A stretch of 64,000 bases of DNA from positions 3,872,001-3,936,000 of the forward strand of contig NZ_JAQNDL010000001.1 of assembly GCF_028368995.1 (NCBI RefSeq). Reading direction: 5' to 3'. The stretch is from Nannocystis bainbridge. Its GTDB lineage: Bacteria; Myxococcota_A; Polyangia; Nannocystales; Nannocystaceae. The translations under genes and the position numbers were made by a program. The first letter of the stretch is position 1. Each line of letters opens with the position of its first letter. Positions 22,331-33,014 of the stretch are shown in pieces. The notes under the pieces are model-generated. The model searched no databases. It had not been told where the DNA came from and worked only from the letters and a program-made list of their open reading frames with translations.

Positions 22331-23658
22331 GCGTGCGCGCCGGCGACCTCGTCACCGTCGACCTCGAGGTGCTCACGCCCGAGGGCGACGGGCTGTCCGA
22401 AAGCACAGGTACTTCGGTCCATGTCCCCGGGGTTTATCCCGGCGAGCGCGCCGAGGTCCGGGTCGAGCACGTCTCGCGCCAGACCCCGCGGGCCCACGCC
22501 CGCCTGCGCACGCTGCTGCAGGCCCACCCGGCCCGGGTCGCGCCGCCCTGCCCGCACAGCGACGCCGGCATCGCCCCCCGCCGCGGCGCCTGCTCCGGCT
22601 GCCCGCTGCAGGCCCTCGACCTCGCCGCCCAGCGCGAGCTCAAGCGCGCGGCTCTGGTCCGCCGCCACGGCCTCGACCCCGGCCCGCTGGTCGCCGGCCC
22701 CGACGCCTGGGGTTATCGGTGGTCGAGCAAGCGGATCATCACAGGTACTTCGGGACATGTCCTCGTGGGCAGCTACCACCGCGGCTCGCACGCCCCGGCC
22801 GCCATGAATGACTGCCGCGTCGACCACCCGAGCATCGCCGCCGCCGCGCGCGAGCTGCAGGCCGCCGCCTCGGCCCTGGCGATCGTCCCCTACGACGAGG
22901 CCACCGGCAGCGGCGACCTGCGCTACGCCTGGTTCAAGACCGACGGCCGGGACGTCCTCCTCACCCTCATCACCGCCGCCAGCCCGAGCCCCGCGGCCGA
23001 GCTGCTACCCGCCGCCCTGAAGCTGCCCGCCGGCGTCGCCTGGAGCGTGCAGGCCGGCCGCGGCAACGCCGTGCGCGGCGAGCCGCCCGTGCAGCTGCGC
23101 GGACGACCTGTCCTTTCAGTCAGCCTCGCCGGCGTCCCCGTCGAGGTCGGCCCGCTCGGGTTCTTGCAGCCCAATCCGCGCGTCGCCGAGCTCGCCTATC
23201 GCGACCTCGTCGCCGACGAGGCCGGCGCCCCGCACCGCGGCAAACTCGCCTTCGACCTCTACGCCGGCGCCGGGGTGACGACTGCCTTGCTGCGGCGCGA
23301 GTTCGCCGAGGTCGTCCCGTGCGAGGTCTACCCCGAGAGCGCCGCCGCGCTGGGCGTCCCCGCCGAACCCGCCGAGGTCTTCCTCGCCCGCCAGCAGGCC
23401 GAAGGTCGCCACCCCGAGCTCGTCGTCGCCAACCCGCCGCGCGGCGGCATGGGCCCCGCCGTGTGCGCCGCCCTGGTCCGCCAGGCCGCCCCGCGCCTGC
23501 AGATCATGAGCTGCAGCGCCGACGCCCTGGTCCGCGACCTCGCCACGCTGCAGGCCGGCGGCTACGTCCTCCGCCGCCTGCGCGCCTACGACACCCTGCC
23601 CCACACCCCACACCTCGAGCTCGTCGCCTGGCTGTCCCACGGGACAGGCGACGACTGA
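22327..23658 (+). CDS. RlmD/TrmA-family RNA (uracil-5)-methyltransferase with TRAM domain
   Basis: TRAM N-terminus, CPH..CSGC Fe-S motif, FLQPN, DLYAGAG, NPPR.G, SCS, P.TPHLE. Confidence 0.85.
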   Translation: MSVRAGDLVTVDLEVLTPEGDGLSESTGTSVHVPGVYPGERAEVRVEHVSRQTPRAHARLRTLLQAHPARVAPPCPHSDAGIAPRRGACSGCPLQALDLAAQRELKRAALVRRHGLDPGPLVAGPDAWGYRWSSKRIITGTSGHVLVGSYHRGSHAPAAMNDCRVDHPSIAAAARELQAAASALAIVPYDEATGSGDLRYAWFKTDGRDVLLTLITAASPSPAAELLPAALKLPAGVAWSVQAGRGNAVRGEPPVQLRGRPVLSVSLAGVPVEVGPLGFLQPNPRVAELAYRDLVADEAGAPHRGKLAFDLYAGAGVTTALLRREFAEVVPCEVYPESAAALGVPAEPAEVFLARQQAEGRHPELVVANPPRGGMGPAVCAALVRQAAPRLQIMSCSADALVRDLATLQAGGYVLRRLRAYDTLPHTPHLELVAWLSHGTGDD

Positions 23659-23765
23659 GCCTCAAGATCACCGCCGCGTCACCTCGACCGACGACCTCGC
23701 TTCGGACGAGCGTCGGCTCGCATCCGGGCGGCGGATCTCTCGGAGTTCATCGACCCCGAATTCAA

Positions 23766-23811
23766 CATGTCTTTCGGAACATGCCCCCACGGGCATGTCC
23801 CTTAAAACAGC
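23766..23811. repeat. 14-bp-period palindromic array (degenerate)
   Basis: CATG at 23766, 23780, 23794; CAGC at 23808. Confidence 0.75.
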
Positions 23812-23812
23812 A

Positions 23813-24469
23813 TCAGAGCTCGGCCTCGATCTCGCGCAGCAGCCCCGGCAGCGCGCGCAGATCGGCGGCCAGCCAGCGAGCGCCGGCTGCGCGCAGCTCG
23901 TCCTCGCTGCCCATCCCGTGCAGCACCCCGATGGTCGGGATCCCGTGGACCTGCGCGCCGGCCACGTCGTGGCGGCGGTCGCCGACCATCACCAGCCCCT
24001 CGGCGCGGCCGGCGAACGAATGCAGCGCGCGGGCGATCACCGCCGCCTTGGGCTCCACGTCGAGGGCGAGCGAGCGGCCGCAGATCGCCTTGAACAGGTG
24101 CGCCACCCCGAGGCCGGCGAGGATCGGTCGCGCGTACACCTCGGGCTTGCTGGTCGCCACGGCCAGCTCGGTGCGCTGCGCCAGCTCCGTCACCACCTCG
24201 ACCAAACCGGCGGCCGGCCGCGTCTCGTCGACCGAGGTCGCCGCGTAGCGCTCGCGATACGCCGCGATGAAGCGCGCGAGCAGCTGCGGATCGTCGCCGA
24301 TCACCGACTGCGCGCTCTCCTCGAGCGGCGGCCCGATCAGCGGCCGCAGCGACGTCAGGGTCAGCGGCGGGCGGCCGAGCGTCTGGAGCGCGTGGTTGAA
24401 GCAAGCGCCGATCGAGGCCAGCGAGTCGACCAGCACGCCGTCGAGGTCGAAGAGGACGCCGCGGAGCAC
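23813..24469 (-). CDS. HAD-IA hydrolase (phosphoglycolate phosphatase/5'-nucleotidase-like)
   Basis: FDLDGVLVDS, IGPPL, ATSK, MVGDRRHD. Confidence 0.9.
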   Translation of the reverse strand: MLRGVLFDLDGVLVDSLASIGACFNHALQTLGRPPLTLTSLRPLIGPPLEESAQSVIGDDPQLLARFIAAYRERYAATSVDETRPAAGLVEVVTELAQRTELAVATSKPEVYARPILAGLGVAHLFKAICGRSLALDVEPKAAVIARALHSFAGRAEGLVMVGDRRHDVAGAQVHGIPTIGVLHGMGSEDELRAAGARWLAADLRALPGLLREIEAEL

Positions 24470-24547
24470 GAGGGCTGTCTAGCACTCGCAGCGGCTTGAA
24501 GTCGCGCTCGGCGGGAGATCCGGAACTGTGGGACAGATCGTCGTGTG

Positions 24548-24565
24548 GATGCACACGATTGCATC
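24548..24565. promoter_or_regulatory. Palindrome GATGCA-N6-TGCATC, resembling a BzdR/BoxR operator (TGCA-N6-TGCA)
   Basis: GATGCACACGATTGCATC in the 500-bp intergenic region upstream of boxC. Confidence 0.35.
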
Positions 24566-24975
24566 GCAGCGCCAGGCGGCGGCCGACGCACGCATCGCAG
24601 CGCGTGTCGACTTCGCGACTGCGAAGCTCGCGACGAATGCAGCGCGCTCCGCAGTCGTGATGCGGCGCGGCGAGTCAGCACACGAATTGTCCCGAAGGAC
24701 AGGTTGCGAGCCGCCGGCCGAGCGCCGAGAGAAGTCGTTGAACATCGCCGTAGAACGCCGTTGGAGCCCGAAATTCCGCGATCCGTGCGAGCGCACACGC
24801 GTGCGCGTCCACACGGTTTTGCGACGATCCATGACGACTTCGAGAGTCGCGCGACGATCGCCGATGTTCGCCAAGCAGCTCCCCCGGCCCACCGCACGCA
24901 TCGCGCGAATCGTGCGAGAGCACACGATGCACAGCGGCACACGAAGCGACGAGCCCATGTAATTTTTTGTCTGCG

Positions 24976-26649
<1,674 letters not shown>

Positions 26650-26703
26650 GCACCCCCGACTTCACCCCCGCTCTCCCGCCCGTCTTCGGAGCACACGGAT
26701 CCC

Positions 26704-28128
<1,425 letters not shown>

Positions 28129-28344
28129 TTCGTCGCTCGCTCCACGCCCACGGCCTCGGTTCTCGCGAACCGGGGCCGTTCGCATTTCGCGGCCTCGTCT
28201 TCGGCGTCGCGACGAAACAGGCCCCGCGCTGCGCGAGCCGGCTCCGGCTCACCGAACCGGGGCCGCTTCTGCGTCGCGCTCACAATGGGGGCAGGAGAGG
28301 TCGCCGCTGCGTCGTTCGAGCAGCGGCGCGACCTGTCCTTTCGC

Positions 28345-29034
28345 TCAGGAGCGGCCGTAGACCGGCACGATCGCCCCGCTCGTCACCCCGAGGCCCGGGG
28401 ACACCAGCGCGTGCACCGTGCGGGCGATCTCCGTCGGCTTGGTCCAGCGCGAGAAGTCGGCGTCCGGCATGCTCTTGCGGTTGATCGGCGTGTCGATGAG
28501 GCCCGGGGCGATCGCGTTGACCGTGATGCCCTCCTCGCGCAGTTCCTCGGCGAGCTGGCCGGTGAGCGCCGCGATGGCTCCCTTGGCCATCGCGTAGGCG
28601 GACAGGCCGGCGGCCGGCTGGCTGACCGCGCGGGCGACGGTGTTGACGATGCGCCCGCCCTGCCCGCCGCTCGCCCGGATCTTCGCCACCGCCGCGCGGC
28701 TGCACAGGAACGCCGTCACCGCGTTGAGCGTCCACTGGCCCTGGACCGTCGCCAGGTCGGTGTCCGCGAGCTTGGCCCAGGTGAAGCCGCCGGCCAGGTG
28801 GACCGAGGCCCACAGCGCCGGCAGCTCGCCGTAGAACCCGGCCACGGCTGCCTCTTGAGACAGGTCGACGCGCGGCACGTAGCGCACCCCGCCGACCCGC
28901 TCACCCGGCCCGTCGTCGATCGCCGGCACCACCACGTTCGCGCCGGCGTCAGCCAGCTCCTGGACGACGGCCCCACCGAGCGCGCCTGCGCCTCCGGTGA
29001 CGACGATGGTGAGCCCCTCGAGATCGCGCTGCAT
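28345..29034 (-). CDS. SDR family oxidoreductase
   Basis: TGGAGALG, YAMAK, VNAIAPGLIDTP.NR. Confidence 0.9.
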   Translation of the reverse strand: MQRDLEGLTIVVTGGAGALGGAVVQELADAGANVVVPAIDDGPGERVGGVRYVPRVDLSQEAAVAGFYGELPALWASVHLAGGFTWAKLADTDLATVQGQWTLNAVTAFLCSRAAVAKIRASGGQGGRIVNTVARAVSQPAAGLSAYAMAKGAIAALTGQLAEELREEGITVNAIAPGLIDTPINRKSMPDADFSRWTKPTEIARTVHALVSPGLGVTSGAIVPVYGRS

Positions 29035-29107
29035 GTCCTGAGATCCTTCCGTGTCTCTCGTTGTTGTCGCTGTCCGAAAGTACTTGTCCGAACGGTCACC
29101 CGCGGTG

Positions 29108-30184
29108 TCACCCGCGGTGGACGAATACCTTGATCATGTGCCACTCGATGAGGGTCACCTGCTCGGGCGTCACCTTCATCTCGTTGTCGTCGACCATGCG
29201 GCGGATGACCTCGACGACCTCGCCCTCGCTGGTCGGCGGCGCCTTCTCGACCTCCGACAGCTCGTGGCACTGGCTGCACACGCTCTCGTAGGTCTTGCGC
29301 GCGGCGACCTCGTCGACCGGGCGCGGCGCGGCCGGCTCGGTCGCGGTGGCGACGGCCTCGGCCGACGGCGGCGGCGCGGCCAGGGCGGCGTCGGCCTGCA
29401 CGCGCTGCTCCTCCTGGGCCCGGCGCTCCTTGAGCGAGCGCTGGAGGTCGCGCGAGATGGCGATCATGTAGGCCGTGACCTGCCAGCCCTCGAACTCGGA
29501 GATCGGCTCGTTGAAGCTGGGCTTGATGACCATGCGGTCGACGGTGCCGACCCAGTCGAGCGGCGAGCGCGGCCGGTCGAGGATCGTCTTGAGGTCGTGG
29601 CAGGCGACGCACTTCTTGAGCAGCACCTGGCGGCCCGCCTGCAGCGAGTCGACCGTCGACAGCTCGTCGACCGGCGCCTCTTCAGGCAGCTTGGCCGACT
29701 CGAGCAGCCGCTTCACGCGGGCCCGGTTGTCGTCGCCGTAGACGTCGCCCATCTCGCTGGCGAGCACCATCTCGCGGAACGCGTGCGGCATCGACAGCCC
29801 GGCGAGCATGATCGTGCATACCAGCAGCGCCGTGCCCAGCGCCGGCATCCACTCCTCGAGGTGGCGGAAGAACCGCAAGATCGCCACCTTGACCAGCAGG
29901 ATGAAGCCCACCCCCATGCCGAGGCACATGTGCGCGACGGTCCGCGCCGGCCACTCGACCTGGTAGTTCCACATCCGCGGCACCATCTCGAACATCAAGA
30001 CGATGTAGATCAGGACGTAGAACCACCCGAGCTGTCGGTGCAGCCGCATCAGCGACGGCGGGGCCGCGCTCGTGCGCGTGGCTTTGTCGAACGGAAAGCC
30101 CCAGAGGTAGTACATCAGGAACACGGCAGCCGTGCCGACGACCAAAAACAGGAGCCCGAGCGAGGCGCTGAGAATGACGTCCAT
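29108..30184 (-). CDS. Membrane-bound diheme cytochrome c protein
   Basis: 4 N-terminal TMs; CVACH and CSQCH heme-binding motifs. Confidence 0.8.
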   Translation of the reverse strand: MDVILSASLGLLFLVVGTAAVFLMYYLWGFPFDKATRTSAAPPSLMRLHRQLGWFYVLIYIVLMFEMVPRMWNYQVEWPARTVAHMCLGMGVGFILLVKVAILRFFRHLEEWMPALGTALLVCTIMLAGLSMPHAFREMVLASEMGDVYGDDNRARVKRLLESAKLPEEAPVDELSTVDSLQAGRQVLLKKCVACHDLKTILDRPRSPLDWVGTVDRMVIKPSFNEPISEFEGWQVTAYMIAISRDLQRSLKERRAQEEQRVQADAALAAPPPSAEAVATATEPAAPRPVDEVAARKTYESVCSQCHELSEVEKAPPTSEGEVVEVIRRMVDDNEMKVTPEQVTLIEWHMIKVFVHRG

Positions 30185-30202
30185 GTCGTTCGCCTGCGCC
30201 CA

Positions 30203-31063
30203 TCATAACCCCGGGCCGTGCGCCCCGGCGAGGGCGTACAGCAGGATCGCGGTGGCGGCCGCGACCCCCAGCGAGTCGACCCCCGGGCGCATCGGGATCG
30301 CGACCTCGTCGTCGCCGACCGCGCGCAACGCCGCCGGCAGCCCCTGGCCCTCGCTGCCGACCAGGATCACCAGCCGCGCCGGTCGCACCACCGCCCCCAG
30401 GGGCCGCGCTCGCGGACCGGGCGTGGCCGCCAGCACGGTGGCCCCCGCCCCGCGCAGCCGCTGGACCGCCCCGACGAGGTCACCGACGCCGAGGGTCGCC
30501 TGGGCGAACACGTTCCCGGCCGCGGCGCGGATCGCCCGCCGACTCAGTGGGTCCGCGCCGGCGCGGTCGAGCAGGAGCAGGTCGACGCCAAAAGCCCGGG
30601 CAGCCCGGACGATGGCGCCGACATTGGCCGGGTCGGCCAGGCCCTGGGCGAGCAAGACGGTGTACGCCGGGCGCCCGGCGACATCTTCTAAAAGGGTGTC
30701 CTCGAGGACAGGTTGACGATCTGTCTCCGGGGACATGTCATTCCAGCGCAGCCCCGCAGGCCGCAGCCCGCAGGCCGCGACGCCGCGGTGGAAATTCTGG
30801 CCGACGGCCTGCCGCAGCACCGCCTGCTCGCCGACGTAGACCGGGACCTCGGGCCGGGCCGCCAAGATCGGCGCGAGCCGCTCGCAGTGACTGGCCGTCG
30901 TCAGCACCGAGGCCACGCCGTAGTCGCTCCGCAGCAAGCGCTCGACCACCAGCTCGCTCTCGGCGACGAAGCGGTGCGGGTCGGAGCGGTGAGCGAGCGC
31001 CTCCAGAGCCCTGTAGTCGGCGAGGCGCGGGTCGTCGGGATCGTCGACGCGAACCGGGATCAT
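30203..31063 (-). CDS. TrmH/SpoU family RNA methyltransferase
   Basis: DPANVGAIVR, DPLSRRAIR, GSEGQGL, IPM..GVDSL.VA. Confidence 0.92.
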   Translation of the reverse strand: MIPVRVDDPDDPRLADYRALEALAHRSDPHRFVAESELVVERLLRSDYGVASVLTTASHCERLAPILAARPEVPVYVGEQAVLRQAVGQNFHRGVAACGLRPAGLRWNDMSPETDRQPVLEDTLLEDVAGRPAYTVLLAQGLADPANVGAIVRAARAFGVDLLLLDRAGADPLSRRAIRAAAGNVFAQATLGVGDLVGAVQRLRGAGATVLAATPGPRARPLGAVVRPARLVILVGSEGQGLPAALRAVGDDEVAIPMRPGVDSLGVAAATAILLYALAGAHGPGL

Positions 31064-31130
31064 GCTCGGCCTTGTAACAGCGCGGCGAACTCAGGGAGCC
31101 CGAACGAGTCGCAGGCCCGCCAGGCGCCCC

Positions 31131-32714
31131 TCACCGGCCCTGGACCAGCCGGTGCCAGGTCCGCACCCACGTCGCCCGGCTCGCCGTCCCCGGCATGCCG
31201 CTTCCGGCGAGCAGAGCCACGCAGGCGGGGAACAGCCACGCCTCGCCGGACTCGGCCGCGGCGATCGCCGCGCGCACGTCCGGGTGCTCGCGGCCGAGGT
31301 AGAGCGCCGGCGGCTCCCCGACCACGCGCGGCGAGCCGGCACCAGCGCACAGCTCGACCCGCTCGGGCGACCCGGCCCCGCCATGCACGGCCGCGCGCAG
31401 CGCCGCCAGGAATTGCCGCTCGGCCGACGACAGCGCCGAGTCCGGCAACGGCCGCCGCGCCCCGCCGAACGCCTGCGAGAGCCGCCGCCAGCCGCGCGCC
31501 AGGCTTGCCGAGGCCGGCAACTGCTCGTTTCCGCGCGGCGGTGGCGAGCGAAACCGCAAGTTCAATAATTCGGCCAGGATCCCGCGCTCGGCCGTGCCGA
31601 GGAGCAGGACCGGCGGTCCGGGCAGGGCGAACGCCTCGGGGTCCTGGTCGGGGTCGAGGGCGAACGCCGGCTCCGGTCGGGCCAGCGCCGGCAGGCTCTC
31701 GATCGGCAACCATCGCCGCTCGTCGCGGCTCACCAGCGCCGGCACCACTGGCAGCGCCAGCACCTCGGCCGCGCGTCGCCGCGAGCGCAGCGCCTGCAGC
31801 AGCAGGTGCAGCACCCGCGCCTGGCTGACGGTCGGCAGGCTGGCCGAGCGCGCCCCGGTGGCCAGCATCAACTGCACACCGGCGTCGACGATCGCCTCGA
31901 GCGCCGGTGCGATCGCCTCGCGCAGGTCGGCCGCGGTCGCGGAAGGGGTCAGCTCGCCGGCCGCGATCTTGTCCGCCAGCTCGACCACCGCCTCGAAGCA
32001 CGGCGCGCGCGTGACCCCCACGTGCGTCGACACCACCCCGTCGACCAGCAGCCAGATCCGCGCCGGCTCGCCGCGATGGGCCAGCCCCACGTGCCCGCGC
32101 AGCTTGAACTGCGGCAGCTCGAGCTCGGCGCGCGCGAGGAACTGGCGCAGGCCGTCGCCGAGCGCCGCCCCGTCGACGCGGATCGCCGCCGGCGCGAAGC
32201 GGGCCACGTCGGCCAGGTAGCTGCGCGCGCGAGCCGGCTCGAGCTCGGCTCCGCGGACCACGAACTCGGTCCCGCGGCCGCCGGACGGATCTGCCCCTTC
32301 GGACAGGTTCGCCCGCCCTGGCCCCGCGAACTCGAGGCGACGCACCAGCCCGTGCGAGCGCGCGACGATCTCGACCCGCCCCGGGCGCAGCGCCGGCAGG
32401 GCCAGCAGCGCCAGCGCCCCGGCCTGCTCGAGCGCCAGCAGGGCCCGGTGCCGCCGCTCGGCCGGGACCCCGGCGTCGAGCAGGTCCGCCACCGCCAGCA
32501 GCAGCTCGCGCCCGATCGCCGCCCCGTCGTCGCGCACGCGCACCGACGCCCGCCCGAGCTCGACCTCGACCGTGCGGGCCCCGGCCGCCAGCGCCCGCCG
32601 CACCAGCTCCGCCGGCAGCTGCCACGGCCCCTGCAGCTGCGCCGTCGCCAGCTTGCGCAGCTCGGCCTCGATGTCGATCGCCAACAGCTGGCGCAGGTCG
32701 ACCGTCTCGCTCAC
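31131..32714 (-). CDS. GHKL/Hsp90-like ATPase-fold protein, degenerate
   Basis: ELVRRALAAGA, VRVRDDG, GRGTEF motifs; GTG start 32714. Confidence 0.65.
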   Translation of the reverse strand: MSETVDLRQLLAIDIEAELRKLATAQLQGPWQLPAELVRRALAAGARTVEVELGRASVRVRDDGAAIGRELLLAVADLLDAGVPAERRHRALLALEQAGALALLALPALRPGRVEIVARSHGLVRRLEFAGPGRANLSEGADPSGGRGTEFVVRGAELEPARARSYLADVARFAPAAIRVDGAALGDGLRQFLARAELELPQFKLRGHVGLAHRGEPARIWLLVDGVVSTHVGVTRAPCFEAVVELADKIAAGELTPSATAADLREAIAPALEAIVDAGVQLMLATGARSASLPTVSQARVLHLLLQALRSRRRAAEVLALPVVPALVSRDERRWLPIESLPALARPEPAFALDPDQDPEAFALPGPPVLLLGTAERGILAELLNLRFRSPPPRGNEQLPASASLARGWRRLSQAFGGARRPLPDSALSSAERQFLAALRAAVHGGAGSPERVELCAGAGSPRVVGEPPALYLGREHPDVRAAIAAAESGEAWLFPACVALLAGSGMPGTASRATWVRTWHRLVQGR

Positions 32715-32748
32715 CCAGGCCTCCTCGCGCTGGCTCGCTTCCCCCAGA

Positions 32749-33014
32749 TGTCCCGAAGGACATGTCTCGAAACAACCTCGCTTAACATGTCCCGAAGGAC
32801 ATGTCGCGGAGCAACCTCGAAGGACATGTCCCGAGCGACAGCCATGATCTCGAGCCGACACCCGGCCCGGAGTCCATTCTGCTCGCTCGCTTCGAGCCGA
32901 CGCGCCCTGCCCGCGCGCTGCCTGTCCCGAGAGACATCCCGCCCGCTCACGCCGAGCCCGCGCGCCTCGCCCGCCCGTTGCCTGTCCCGAGAGACATCCA
33001 GTCCGCTCACGCCG
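32749..33014. repeat. 39-bp x3 and 60-bp x2 tandem repeats, each carrying TGTC-N6-GACA
   Basis: Motif copies at 32749, 32788, 32827 (period 39) and 32923, 32983 (period 60). Confidence 0.85.

Noticed and set aside
24479-24962. ORFs in the HAD-boxC intergenic region as a boxR remnant
   Set aside because: No HTH or shikimate-kinase-like motifs and no codon bias
29095-29118. 12-bp tandem duplication GTCACCCGCGGT at the cytochrome stop codon
   Set aside because: Short, single, likely slippage with no evident function
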